The notes under the pieces were generated by a model. That model was not told where the DNA came from. It was given only the letters and a program-made list of their open reading frames with translations, and did not search any database. Of a stretch of 64,000 nt of DNA, positions 38,293 to 48,099 are shown piece by piece. A program made the position numbers and the translations under genes. Numbering within the stretch: the first letter of the stretch is position 1; the number at the start of each line of letters is the position of its first letter. The stretch lies in the NCBI RefSeq assembly GCF_055900595.2, contig NZ_CM148325.1; one strand, written 5' to 3'.

Positions 38293-38769
38293 ATGAAACT
38301 CATTAGTAATGATCTGCGCGATGGCGATAAGCTGCCGCATCGCCATGTCTTTAACGGCATGGGTTACGATGGCGATAATATTTCGCCGCATCTGGCATGG
38401 GATGATGTTCCTGCGGGAACCAAAAGTTTTGTCGTCACCTGCTACGACCCGGATGCGCCAACTGGCTCTGGCTGGTGGCACTGGGTAGTTGTTAACTTAC
38501 CCGCTGATACCCGCGTATTACCGCAAGGGTTTGGCTCTGGTCTGGTAGCAATGCCAGACGGCGTTTTGCAGACGCGAACTGACTTTGGTAAAACCGGGTA
38601 CGATGGCGCAGCGCCGCCGAAGGGCGAAACTCATCGCTACATTTTTACCGTTCACGCGCTGGATGTAGAACGTATTGATGTCGATGAAGGTGCCAGTGGC
38701 GCGATGGTCGGGTTTAACGTCCATTTCCACTCTCTGGCAAGCGCCTCGATTACTGCGATGTTTAGTTAA
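38293..38769 (+). CDS. ybhB: YbhB, PEBP/Raf-kinase-inhibitor-like protein
   Basis: 158 aa ORF (MKLISNDLRDGDKLPHRHVFNGMGYDGDNISPHLAWDDVP...). Confidence 0.92.
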   Translation: MKLISNDLRDGDKLPHRHVFNGMGYDGDNISPHLAWDDVPAGTKSFVVTCYDPDAPTGSGWWHWVVVNLPADTRVLPQGFGSGLVAMPDGVLQTRTDFGKTGYDGAAPPKGETHRYIFTVHALDVERIDVDEGASGAMVGFNVHFHSLASASITAMFS

Positions 38770-38859
38770 TTGCTCAACCAGATGGCGCAATGCTATCTGG
38801 TATCACTTAAAGGTATTAAAAACAACTTTTTGTCTTTTTACCTTCCCGTTTCGCTCAAG

Positions 38860-38874
38860 TTAGTATAAAAAAGC
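38860..38874. other. Lambda-type att core (attR junction)
   Basis: ttagtataaaaaagc is the reverse complement of the lambda core GCTTTTTTATACTAA. The left flank (cgctcaagt) matches the bacterial B' arm as I recall it, and the right flank (tgaacg...) matches the lambda P arm. Confidence 0.9.
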
Positions 38875-39015
38875 TGAACGTGAAACATTAAAAGCCATTA
38901 ATATCAATGCATTACAATATTTTTAGTCTAAAAAATAGACTACATAATGCTACAAAACACAACATACCCAGTCACTATGAATCAACCACTTAGATGGTAT
39001 TAGTGACCTGTAACA
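38875..39015. promoter_or_regulatory. attR P arm with Int arm-type sites
   Basis: Lambda-like sequence ...cagtcactatgaatcaaccacttagatggtattagtgacctgtaacaga. Arm-type sites cagtcactat (38969-38978) and aggtcactaat (reverse complement of 38999-39009). Confidence 0.8.
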
Positions 39016-39019
39016 GAGC

Positions 39020-39062
39020 ATTAGCGCAAGGTGACTTTTTGTCTTCTTGCGCTAATTTTTTG
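39020..39062 (+). terminator. sib / tI-like hairpin terminator (int retroregulation element)
   Basis: attagcgcaag...cttgcgctaat stem followed by tttttt. It matches my recollection of the lambda sib region (attagcgcaagaagacaaaaatcaccttgcgctaatgc), and it lies on the P-arm side as in lambda. Confidence 0.75.
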
Positions 39063-39265
39063 TCAAACACATTACGTCGTTTGCTGAATTTACAACCATG
39101 CTCAGTATCTCGATAAGCGCAGAGAAATGATGCAGTGGTGGGCGGATTGGCTTGATGAAAAGGTGTAGCAACCAACATTGCTATATCTCAGATAGCACAA
39201 AGCCTTGCAATCCAGTGCAAAGCTTTGTGTGTCTCAGTTTTGTCTCATCGGTAATTATGTGTTCG

Positions 39266-39565
39266 CTACGATGCAAGAATCCATACCAATAAGCATCCGA
39301 TAATTGGGAAAGAAAAATCCAACAAACTTCCCACATCCCACACGCGTGGATCAAAACCTCCCCACCACGGCATGTTGACACGTTTCCCTTTCCCAAACTT
39401 TTCTATCCAGCGATATTCTGCCTGGGTGTGTTCACGCGCAATGAAGAACGTACAACCGGCTATCGCACCGTAAGCCCAGTTTCCGGTAAAAATACCAACC
39501 AGTACCTGAGCCGCAAAAGCGCAAAGCGAGTGAAGAAATGGAGTGACATCAATGCTCTTAATCAT
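39266..39565 (-). CDS. Hypothetical small membrane protein (99 aa), translationally coupled to the tailspike gene
   Basis: Its ATG overlaps the tailspike stop (ATGA). Hydrophobic segments present ([43 protein letters not shown]). It is the last gene before attR. Confidence 0.65.
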   Translation of the reverse strand: MIKSIDVTPFLHSLCAFAAQVLVGIFTGNWAYGAIAGCTFFIAREHTQAEYRWIEKFGKGKRVNMPWWGGFDPRVWDVGSLLDFSFPIIGCLLVWILAS

Positions 39566-41619
39566 GAAACTTCCCCATTGGTTGAAAATATGGCTCCTCC
39601 AACTCCAAGTGTATTTCGTGTTGTGCTCAACCTAAGAGGGCTGGAGTCAGAATTAGAATATCCTGTAGCAGAAATAAAAGATCCTCCACTAATAGTCAAC
39701 TGCGGAACATCGGCTATATCTGAATAAGTTCTGTCAGCAACAGTATTATTTATAGCCACATGTGATCCAAAAAAACTTCTTATTGTTTGGTTTTTAACTT
39801 TACTTCCTTCAATGGTTATCCTACTACCACAGTCAGCAATAAATCCTGAATCTGCATCCAGCGTTGCATTCATAAAAGAAGCTTCAGATCTCTCTACATC
39901 AATCCATCTAATATCTTTTGTGGGATTTGCACCAAATACATGACAAATATTAGAGTTAAACCTTACACCATCTTGGAGGTGCATTAATTTTTTTATATCT
40001 GTACCCCATAGCCTTGGAAAATTAACAGATGCTCCTGCATGGCAATCAAATCCCAGCTCAACCCCTGAGATATCTACAGCCTTTCCGGAAATAACAGCAC
40101 CAGTGTCTGCATTAACGGCTGTTCCACAATTGCGCATATCATTACCAGCAACATCAACACAACCCGCACCATCAATACGCACACCAAGTGCACATCCATA
40201 AAAACCTTTTTCAATATTTGGTTCAAGGACTTTACCACTTGTTTCTGCATCACTTTCTTCAACGTCATGTCGTCTTGCATCAACATATGCTGTATGAATG
40301 CACGTTAATCCACGATATGAGCAATGTATAGTTTTATGGTCGCGTATATTAACATTTGAACCATCTCTTACATTCCATCCTATATAACAATAGCTTGCAC
40401 TTGACCCCTGAAAATCTGCTTTAACATTATAAATACAATTAACTGACGCAACCGTACTCTCTGTGCACCGTTCAAACTTACTTACAGGCATTGATGCCTT
40501 GACATTATTTACCAGTTGCAGGGAAGAGTATCTGCTATAAGAAAAATCACATACGTAATACCCTTCTGGCATATATGCAGCAACACTTTCCTCATCAGGA
40601 GCACATCCGGTATGATATGCACTAATTTTTGCACCAAAACTACCATGAATTCCAACGTAGAACTTTCGAGCACCTGAATACGGATAGAAATTAAGTTCAG
40701 CTTTTTGAGTTACAATAAATGCACAAACATCGCTATCATCTCTATTTTCTTCAATCTGAATAGCAAATACAGGACTTTTTGCTGCATCGCAAATGTAAAA
40801 TAAATATTTGTATTCGTAATACGTCCTAACAGTTTTAGTAAACAAACTGGTATCAGAGAAAACCACTGAGTCTTCTGATATTATTTTAATCCATGATAAG
40901 TCACATCCTGCTGAAATTTCTATTTGCTCATTGAGCACAAAACCGGAAAGAATTTTAATTATGCAAAAATCAATGCCATTTTTCCATAGTGGACGCAGTG
41001 CAACAGCTGAGTTTAGAGCATCACTAATAGATTTAAAATTACCATATTCCCCAACTGTTATTGTGAATGCATACCTGGAATTAAATACTGCGGCACTCTC
41101 TCCAGAGTTAATAGCTGCAGATATCATGTCATAATTTGATATAAAATCATTTGGCGTGATTATTTCTGCGTTTTTATTGTGCTGTGTTCTAAGTTTTGAA
41201 TTTACATGAACACTTTTAACTGCAATACGGGAGTCGTCAACAAGTATTTCATTACCCTCTGTTGCTAACTCTTGTCTTAACTGATCCGGGTCATACTTCA
41301 GCACATTCGGAAAATAGAACTGCTGCACACCGTACGCATCATAAACAGCCATAGAATGGCCCTGTACAGTAACGAATTTGGCAATCTGTCCGTTATATAC
41401 CGGATATCCAGCAGCGTTAATGATGATTGGTTGCGAAACAGGAACGTGAGATCCATCTTCGTTCTCTACATAAACCTGAATCTGGTTTTCAGGATTTACA
41501 GGGGCAGTATCAATTTTACCGATATAAATTTTGCCATTGGCTACGGCTTTAAAAGAACGCGCCATAGTGAAGAGTTGCGAAGGCATACTCACTACAACAT
41601 TGGCTGTAATGTCTGTCAT
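39562..41619 (-). CDS. Tailspike protein (P22 gp9-type head-binding domain with a divergent receptor-binding domain)
   Basis: The N-terminus [97 protein letters not shown]...VLKYDPDQ closely parallels the P22 gp9 N-terminal domain. I do not recognise the remainder. Confidence 0.9.
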   Translation of the reverse strand: MTDITANVVVSMPSQLFTMARSFKAVANGKIYIGKIDTAPVNPENQIQVYVENEDGSHVPVSQPIIINAAGYPVYNGQIAKFVTVQGHSMAVYDAYGVQQFYFPNVLKYDPDQLRQELATEGNEILVDDSRIAVKSVHVNSKLRTQHNKNAEIITPNDFISNYDMISAAINSGESAAVFNSRYAFTITVGEYGNFKSISDALNSAVALRPLWKNGIDFCIIKILSGFVLNEQIEISAGCDLSWIKIISEDSVVFSDTSLFTKTVRTYYEYKYLFYICDAAKSPVFAIQIEENRDDSDVCAFIVTQKAELNFYPYSGARKFYVGIHGSFGAKISAYHTGCAPDEESVAAYMPEGYYVCDFSYSRYSSLQLVNNVKASMPVSKFERCTESTVASVNCIYNVKADFQGSSASYCYIGWNVRDGSNVNIRDHKTIHCSYRGLTCIHTAYVDARRHDVEESDAETSGKVLEPNIEKGFYGCALGVRIDGAGCVDVAGNDMRNCGTAVNADTGAVISGKAVDISGVELGFDCHAGASVNFPRLWGTDIKKLMHLQDGVRFNSNICHVFGANPTKDIRWIDVERSEASFMNATLDADSGFIADCGSRITIEGSKVKNQTIRSFFGSHVAINNTVADRTYSDIADVPQLTISGGSFISATGYSNSDSSPLRLSTTRNTLGVGGAIFSTNGEVS

Positions 41620-41687
41620 TTAATTTGCTCCAGATACAAGGAATCGCCGCAGCATTGCCACAGTGATGCATTATTAATCAAACAAAG

Positions 41688-41702
41688 AGACCACTGTGGT
41701 CT
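41688..41702. promoter_or_regulatory. Candidate Mnt operator (perfect 15 bp palindrome AGACCACTGTGGTCT)
   Basis: It lies in the 146 bp gap between mnt and the tailspike gene and resembles the P22 Omnt half-site (GGTCCAC) as I recall it. Confidence 0.6.
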
Positions 41703-41765
41703 TATTGAGGATGCAACCAGCAGATAATAAGATGCCGATCCACTCACAAAAGCGAGGCATCAAGA

Positions 41766-42134
41766 ATGGGAAGAGATGACCCGCAATTTAATCTGCGGCT
41801 ACCTTACGAATTAAAGGAAAAACTAAAACAGCGAGCCAAATCCAATGGCCGCTCTCTTAATTCAGAATTAGTTCAGATAGTGACTGATGCTGTATCAAAG
41901 CCATCCAAAATTTCAGGCTATCGAGACGATGCGGAACGCATCGCTGATGAGCAGTCAGAGCTTGTTAAGAAGATGGTGTTTGATACGCTGAAGGATTTGT
42001 ACAAAAACCCACCTGATGGTGGGTTCCATTTATTAGTCTTGCTTTGTGGACGGTATAAGGGATGCATTTGCCTCTTTAGGCTTCAAGGTATACATCCCAC
42101 CATTAAATGGATCTACAGCAAGCCAACCAATTAA
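41766..42134 (+). CDS. mnt: Mnt-like ribbon-helix-helix repressor with an altered/extended C-terminus
   Basis: MGRDDPQFNLRLPYELKEKLKQRAKSNGRSLNSELVQIVTDAVSKPSKISGYRDDAERIADEQSELVKKMVFDTLKDLYK parallels P22 Mnt (82-83 aa). The ORF then runs about 40 further codons into the convergent gene. Confidence 0.8.
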   Translation: MGRDDPQFNLRLPYELKEKLKQRAKSNGRSLNSELVQIVTDAVSKPSKISGYRDDAERIADEQSELVKKMVFDTLKDLYKNPPDGGFHLLVLLCGRYKGCICLFRLQGIHPTIKWIYSKPTN

Positions 42135-42452
42135 CCCACCAAACACAAGGTTTCCACCAATATACCAACCATTAGCATTGGCTTTGATTGGCAGGGTAAC
42201 TGGTTCGTACCCATCCTTCTCCATAGTGATCTGGTAGCTCTTTTTGCCAAAATAACTACCATCTGACTTGGCAAGAGTTACTCCTTGCGGGGTCTTACCT
42301 TGCGCAACAATCACGCCTGATTCGTCTTTTACCTTAAAGCTCGCACCGGAAGGATTGCTGTTCACTTGCACAAGCTGTGTTTCGTCACCAACAATAGTTG
42401 CGCACCCAGATAACATGATAACGCCAGCAACGACGCCAATAATCCTCTTCAT
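42033..42452 (-). CDS. Prophage lipoprotein (moron at the P22 sieA position)
   Basis: Signal peptide with lipobox MKRIIGVVAGVIMLSGC. It is followed by the hairpin aacccacc/ggtgggtt plus a T-run (its terminator). Start set at the second ATG (42452). Confidence 0.75.
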   Translation of the reverse strand: MKRIIGVVAGVIMLSGCATIVGDETQLVQVNSNPSGASFKVKDESGVIVAQGKTPQGVTLAKSDGSYFGKKSYQITMEKDGYEPVTLPIKANANGWYIGGNLVFGGLIGWLAVDPFNGGMYTLKPKEANASLIPSTKQD

Positions 42453-42569
42453 ATCAATTTCCATATTTAAAAAACCGGAAACATCCTAATGACAAACCAT
42501 TCAAATGTGAAGTAGGCAAAAGATGTTTACTTTTTTCATGGTATCCTGCTCAAAACTAAGGAGGTTGGC

Positions 42570-42959
42570 GTGAAGCAATTTCTTACTGCTATGTTCTTAT
42601 TCATATCTTTTGGGGCTACAGCAGAGTGCTGGGTCGTTGGAGATATGCGCGGAATAAGCTATTCAGAACGAAATAATTTCCATCCGGAAGAAGATGGTTT
42701 TAGTGGAACATTCATCATTAAGACAAACGGTGAAGATGCCAGCATCACATATTCTGGGACAGATGCGGGCGGCATGGCTTACAAAGCATTGTCTAAAAAC
42801 TCCATCATAGGAATCGGCGCGAATGGCGAAACTCAACGCGTTATCGACTCATGGGTAATACATCCTACTGGAACAGTTTTAATGTCAAAAACCATTTCCG
42901 GTTATGGAAATATGGATTCAACCAAAGCTTTTGTTGGAAAAGTAAAAAGAAAATGTTAG
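42570..42959 (+). CDS. Hypothetical secreted protein (129 aa)
   Basis: GTG start 5 nt after AGGAGG. N-terminal signal-peptide-like segment MKQFLTAMFLFISFGATAEC. Oriented opposite to the virion operon. Confidence 0.65.
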   Translation: MKQFLTAMFLFISFGATAECWVVGDMRGISYSERNNFHPEEDGFSGTFIIKTNGEDASITYSGTDAGGMAYKALSKNSIIGIGANGETQRVIDSWVIHPTGTVLMSKTISGYGNMDSTKAFVGKVKRKC

Positions 42960-42983
42960 CGATTGAATCCAATTTCCCATACG

Positions 42984-44825
42984 TTACTGCTGTGTTGCCT
43001 CAGTAGCAAACAGCGGTCTGATGGCATTCGCAGCGTTATTTATCGCTCTTTCATAGGCTGGTGTTCCTGCTTTGGTGTTTGCCAAACGAAGAAGCATATT
43101 CCTTGCTGCTTTGGACTCATACAAGCGCATCATTGCACCAAAACCAGCCTCAATCCCCATTGATACGCCAAGGGTCGCAGTTGCGCCAATCGTCCTTATC
43201 CTGTTGGCTTGCGATTGCCCCGTCTGAGTTACTACATTTGCGGTGTCTGACCTTGCTGTTTGCTGTAGAACTTCATGAAGAGCATCAAGCTCTTTCATGT
43301 GCTTTCCAGAAAAAATAGTGTTGTAAATTTCACCGCCTGACTGAGATTTCAGCTTATTAACTTCAGTGATGAACTTGGCTGGAGAGTCCCCGGCCTTTTC
43401 CGCTATTTTGCTGACGTAAGCTGCACGCATAGCATCTTTCCCCTTATCATCCAGTGCGCTCCAGATTCGTTTCACGTCAGATGGTTTTCTGCTTAATACA
43501 ACGGTATTTATAAGTTCAGGACTGGCTTCACTGCTTGCCTTGTTGAGCTTGTTGGCAATGTTTTTATTAAGCACCTTATTATAAACGTTTGCATAATCGG
43601 AATTTGCTTTAAGGTATTTTGCTGCGTCTGATGCACCGAGGTTTTTAGCAACTGCGTTACGAAGGTCTTTTGACATTGCATTCTCTACCATATTGGTAGC
43701 TGCTTTTGCCTGGTTGGGGAAGACCATAGCATCTCCCTGAACATTAGATCTAAATGCTGTTCTGTGCTGACGCAAGAGATCAAACGTAACATCCAAATCA
43801 GTTGCAGGGTTTGCTAATTCTTCACGTAGGTTACGCAAGGATGTAAGCAGGCTTTGATTGGCAGACGTCCCAAGCCGTTCCTGTCTTGCGATCGCTGTAT
43901 TCAGAGCATTCATGGTATTTGTGGTATCAACTGCGGCATTACCCATTTTATTGGTGACGTCATTGATAACAGCGCCAGCGGCATCCTTCCGCCCCCTTAA
44001 CGTGGTGGTCAGAGATTTCACCACATCATCAGGGTTGTACTCACCAAAACGGTCAAAATAATTGCTTACCAGCTTACTCCGCGTTGCATATTGCTCTGCT
44101 CGCTTTGAGCCCGTCCCGAGCAAAGCCCCCTCGGCATCCTGAGTAAGGCCGCGAGTGAAAGCATTTTTCGGCGGGATAACATCAGATGTCATTGGTGTCA
44201 CGCCCATCGATTCTGATGTGGCAATTTTCTTCGCCACTTCTGGCGCAATATCACCTTTTATAGCCGTTATTCCACGCCCTATTCCCTTTGCTGCTGCGGA
44301 AAGAACACCCTGAGCGGCAAGGTTAACTCCGGCATTTTTAGCTGCATTTTGTGCGAAATCGCCTTTCTGATTTGCGGCCTCTGCCAGCGATCCAATAGCC
44401 ATGCTTCCTGCCGTTCCAACTCCTGGAACTAAATACCCACCAATTGTTTCACCGGCTTGTGCGTATGGGTCTGTCGGTTTGTCTACTGGACGATAAACAT
44501 CATCCAAAACTTTTGGCCCACCAAGCCCCTGACTGATTGCATTAATCAGACTTGCGCCACCCTGCAATACGTCAAATGGTATGTTTACCAGACCACGACC
44601 AGCCTGTTCTGCAATTTGCCCTGCACTTTGACCACCAGTGAGCCAATCGCCAGCTTGTTGCATCAATGATGGTTCTTCACGTACTGGTGCATTATTGGCC
44701 TGATTAACTGTTTGTTGCTGAACAACCTGACCAGCAAAATAATCATCAATGGCGGCTCCAATATCTTCCGTGCTCGTACCATCAGGGAAGGTAAATGTCT
44801 TACCGTTTGCAGTTACTTTCATCAT
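42984..44825 (-). CDS. Ejection (injection) protein, P22 gp16-like
   Basis: 613 aa; size and position (last of the gp7-gp20-gp16 trio) match P22. The start overlaps the preceding stop. Confidence 0.75.
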   Translation of the reverse strand: MMKVTANGKTFTFPDGTSTEDIGAAIDDYFAGQVVQQQTVNQANNAPVREEPSLMQQAGDWLTGGQSAGQIAEQAGRGLVNIPFDVLQGGASLINAISQGLGGPKVLDDVYRPVDKPTDPYAQAGETIGGYLVPGVGTAGSMAIGSLAEAANQKGDFAQNAAKNAGVNLAAQGVLSAAAKGIGRGITAIKGDIAPEVAKKIATSESMGVTPMTSDVIPPKNAFTRGLTQDAEGALLGTGSKRAEQYATRSKLVSNYFDRFGEYNPDDVVKSLTTTLRGRKDAAGAVINDVTNKMGNAAVDTTNTMNALNTAIARQERLGTSANQSLLTSLRNLREELANPATDLDVTFDLLRQHRTAFRSNVQGDAMVFPNQAKAATNMVENAMSKDLRNAVAKNLGASDAAKYLKANSDYANVYNKVLNKNIANKLNKASSEASPELINTVVLSRKPSDVKRIWSALDDKGKDAMRAAYVSKIAEKAGDSPAKFITEVNKLKSQSGGEIYNTIFSGKHMKELDALHEVLQQTARSDTANVVTQTGQSQANRIRTIGATATLGVSMGIEAGFGAMMRLYESKAARNMLLRLANTKAGTPAYERAINNAANAIRPLFATEATQQ

Positions 44826-46237
44826 TCCACCGTAAATTGAATGCCTGATTTTGAGGTATATGATCCAACCTGATTCCGTGGTTCTCCTGAAGGTGTCGAA
44901 TCTTGTGCTGGCGCTGCGTCAGTATTCATTGACATATACCGCTTAACGGCACTCCCCAATGATTCACCTTTTTTAACATCCAACCCCAATATCTGACCGC
45001 CATTACGCGATTGTCCAGGGTTGCCATTCGCGCTCATCCACTCGGCTTTAAACTCATTAAACTGCGCGTTTCGTCGCTCAAGGTTTGCCATTGCATCAAG
45101 CCATCTTGCTACCGTCTCAGGGTTATCCATGTCAGTTGGAGCACCCTGTCGAACGATCTCAACGTCTTTATCCGTTGCGGGGCCGGGAGGTAGGAATTTA
45201 AGAACCTGACTGTTAACAAGGGCATTTTGGCGGATGCGCAAATCACGCAATGTTGTATCGCTTCCGGTAAGTTTTGCGAACATGTTCTGTGCGTTACCGA
45301 ACAAACCTGTCGTTGGTTTTTCTGCTCTGAACTGTTGAGCAAGCGCACTCATAGAATTGGCTGAGTTTGATGATGCTGTAGCATTGTTTACAGCCGTCTC
45401 GATGCCTTTTTCCATGTTTACTGACAGCTTAGGTGCTTCGCTAATCAACTGCTGAGCCTTTTCCTGTGCTTGCTGCATCTTAAACCCGAACTCTTGCTGA
45501 TCCAGAGCCAAGCGTTGTGCTGCGATATTGTGCCCAGTCATTGCTGACTGATAGGAAAGGTTTTGCCCTCTCGCCTGAAGTGCTTCTCCAGCCTGATTGC
45601 TGCGGATTGTCTCTGCCAGTTTGCCTCGGTCAATTTCACGACCAGCCATCTTGTCCTGAACAGCAAACGCCTTTTCTGGTCCAAGCGCACCGAGAGACAT
45701 AGTAGTCAGCATGTGTGATAGCTGCTCTGGATTCTGGATACCTGTCTGAATCATCCAGTCAGCATTCGCCCCCACGCGATTTAACCTGTCCTTGTTGTCA
45801 GTAATGAATTTACTGTAGGCTTCCGGTCCCTGGGAAAGAGCGACGTTAGCCCTCATGGCTAAATCGCCCATATCGTTGCGTTGCTGCTCATTAAGACCGG
45901 AAAACGCCTGTTGTGCCTGTGCAACAAACGCTGGATTTTCCTGGGCAAACTTAAATAGTCCAGATGGATCACCAGAAGCCCATGCATCAGCGTGAACCTT
46001 ATTGAACGCACTAATAGCTTTCTGTTGCTGTTCCTGATTGTAAATATCAGCAACTCCAGCCAGACCACGTAACGCGGTCAGACCAATGTTATTTGCACCT
46101 GAGCGAGCCAGTTCATTGTTTTCGCGGATCAGACCAAGCGTTGCGTTAATGTCGCTTGCCTTTGGCGCATTCTCATTTTGCGTACCGATGCCAGCCAGAA
46201 AACCACCAGAATTAATACCCTGTTGCCACGTAGCCAT
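44822..46237 (-). CDS. Ejection protein, P22 gp20-like
   Basis: 471 aa; same size and position as P22 gp20. Confidence 0.75.
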   Translation of the reverse strand: MATWQQGINSGGFLAGIGTQNENAPKASDINATLGLIRENNELARSGANNIGLTALRGLAGVADIYNQEQQQKAISAFNKVHADAWASGDPSGLFKFAQENPAFVAQAQQAFSGLNEQQRNDMGDLAMRANVALSQGPEAYSKFITDNKDRLNRVGANADWMIQTGIQNPEQLSHMLTTMSLGALGPEKAFAVQDKMAGREIDRGKLAETIRSNQAGEALQARGQNLSYQSAMTGHNIAAQRLALDQQEFGFKMQQAQEKAQQLISEAPKLSVNMEKGIETAVNNATASSNSANSMSALAQQFRAEKPTTGLFGNAQNMFAKLTGSDTTLRDLRIRQNALVNSQVLKFLPPGPATDKDVEIVRQGAPTDMDNPETVARWLDAMANLERRNAQFNEFKAEWMSANGNPGQSRNGGQILGLDVKKGESLGSAVKRYMSMNTDAAPAQDSTPSGEPRNQVGSYTSKSGIQFTVE

Positions 46238-46247
46238 TGATTACCCC

Positions 46248-46940
46248 TTAAAACAACGAGCCAAGCAGACCAAGACCGCCGCCGATCGCAGCCCCCCACG
46301 GAGTTGATGAACCAATTAATTTCGCAAGTCCGGCCCCAGCAATAGCACCAGACGCACCTCCGCCAATAGCAGATTGCATTGCTGATGGTCTGTTGGCATT
46401 TGCCGCTGCAAGAGCCGCACTTTGCTGCGAAATCTGACTCATATTGTTGGCATATGTTTGCCCGGCGTTTGCCTGACCTTGCAGTGCGCCAAGACCAATA
46501 TTTGCCAGATTCTGGTAGTTGTTCATCTGACCAGATAGCCATTGCTGACCAAGCGTTGGTGCGATTGTTGCTAACTGATTACCGGTTGCAGTGGAACCCA
46601 ATCCACCTGTTGCTTCCGCTGCCGCCAGACTCTGATAGCGAGCCTGACCAGCAAGATCTTTGTACTGCTGAGAGTTGTAATACTGGTTAAGTGCCTGACC
46701 TTGCCCTTCCAGAGACGATAAGTTCTCGAGGCTGCCGACATACTTATCAGCCAGAGGAGTAAACGGCTTCAGGTTGTTCATGATGGTGTTGAACTGCTGA
46801 TTTTGCAGGTCTGCGGCATACTTCTGGGCTTCTGCGGCATACTTTGCGCTTTTATCAGAACTGCCACCTTTGCCGCCTTTTTCAGGGCACCAAGGTTCCT
46901 CGCCGCACAGTTTTCTGCCCAGCTTAAATGCATATAACAT
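46248..46940 (-). CDS. Ejection protein, P22 gp7-like
   Basis: 230 aa with a Gly/Ala/Gln-rich C-terminal hydrophobic tail. Position and size match P22 gp7. Confidence 0.7.
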   Translation of the reverse strand: MLYAFKLGRKLCGEEPWCPEKGGKGGSSDKSAKYAAEAQKYAADLQNQQFNTIMNNLKPFTPLADKYVGSLENLSSLEGQGQALNQYYNSQQYKDLAGQARYQSLAAAEATGGLGSTATGNQLATIAPTLGQQWLSGQMNNYQNLANIGLGALQGQANAGQTYANNMSQISQQSAALAAANANRPSAMQSAIGGGASGAIAGAGLAKLIGSSTPWGAAIGGGLGLLGSLF

Positions 46941-46942
46941 GG

Positions 46943-47398
46943 CTATCTCCCGTGATTCAGGAAGTCGATTAGTTCTTCGCGTGTGGCGCTGTAAAAAGTC
47001 ACGTCATCCACGCCTTTAAAGTATTTCTTGATGGTTCCGACACGCTTAAGGCCAATCATTGCGCAGTAAATCTGCCCGTGGCGGAATTTGCGTGCGGCGA
47101 ACGATGTGACGCACTGAACGGTGGTGTTAGTCAGAATGTATCGCCAGAAAGCCAGCCCGATTTCCTTGCTGAAGCCGCGAATCTCTGGCAGGTACATGGC
47201 GTGGCAATCAAAGGTCAGCGGCTGAATCTCCTGATAGTAAACAATTCCGCCGAACTGCCCGTGCACGTTAACCTCAAAGTAACGGCATTCAGGTTTGTAG
47301 TCGTATCCATCACCGTTGTTGCTCCCGGCGATAATGTCAGGGTGATTTCCTACGGCTTCTATCAGGTCGATGTTTCGCGTTGGTTTGAATGTAATCAT
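46943..47398 (-). CDS. P22 gp14-like virion assembly protein
   Basis: 151 aa ORF between the needle and gp7 homologs, as in P22. Confidence 0.65.
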   Translation of the reverse strand: MITFKPTRNIDLIEAVGNHPDIIAGSNNGDGYDYKPECRYFEVNVHGQFGGIVYYQEIQPLTFDCHAMYLPEIRGFSKEIGLAFWRYILTNTTVQCVTSFAARKFRHGQIYCAMIGLKRVGTIKKYFKGVDDVTFYSATREELIDFLNHGR

Positions 47399-48099
47399 CA
47401 GTCAATCAGCCCATGTAATCTAAGTGCCGTTTCAAGCGCCAGAATACGCTGCCGCGCCTGCTGCAAACCTGTAGCGAGTGCTGCGACTTCGGATTGTGTG
47501 TACGTAGTGCCGACTGTGTATGACTGGTTAGCGTTGAATGAGCCAAGAAGAGGTGTACCTGTGGCTGCAGTCCATCCGGTATTTCTTGCTCCAATAACCT
47601 GAATTCCATCAACTGAATATGATGTTTTTACATCCAGCGGTGACGCAAGAGACTGCGATTCGGTTACGGTTTTCGATACGTAATCACTCTTAATGTCAGA
47701 TACATCGCTTTCTACGCCATCCAGTCTTTGGTCAACAGTGACCAGATGCGCCTGAATATCGATAACCTCATCCAGCAAGTAATCAACATCGCTACGCAGT
47801 ACGACTATCTTCCCTTCGGCGGTTGTTAACCTGACCTCAAGGAGATTTATCGCTTTTGTGTTTGCGGTGATTCTTGAATCGTGATCTGCCAGTTCGACGT
47901 CCTGTTCATCGTTTTTCACCTGAGCATCGTAAGCGCCCTGACCAGCCTGATTTGCCTTCCCGGCAATTGCGCCGACATCAGCCCCCTGATTAATGACATA
48001 CAGCAGGTAAGACTGGCTGAATATATTGCGTGGAAGGATTGATGTATCTAGTCGTGTAGCCTGAACCACAACAGGTGTATTGAGATTCGAATCAGCCAT
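47398..48099 (-). CDS. Tail needle protein (P22 gp26-like)
   Basis: [73 protein letters not shown]...LRLHGLID parallels P22 gp26. Confidence 0.9.
   Translation of the reverse strand: MADSNLNTPVVVQATRLDTSILPRNIFSQSYLLYVINQGADVGAIAGKANQAGQGAYDAQVKNDEQDVELADHDSRITANTKAINLLEVRLTTAEGKIVVLRSDVDYLLDEVIDIQAHLVTVDQRLDGVESDVSDIKSDYVSKTVTESQSLASPLDVKTSYSVDGIQVIGARNTGWTAATGTPLLGSFNANQSYTVGTTYTQSEVAALATGLQQARQRILALETALRLHGLID

Noticed and set aside
39181..39396. 71 aa ORF-track entry on the minus strand near attR.
   Set aside because: It overlaps, in another frame, the better-supported 99 aa gene that is translationally coupled to the tailspike. It has no evident RBS.
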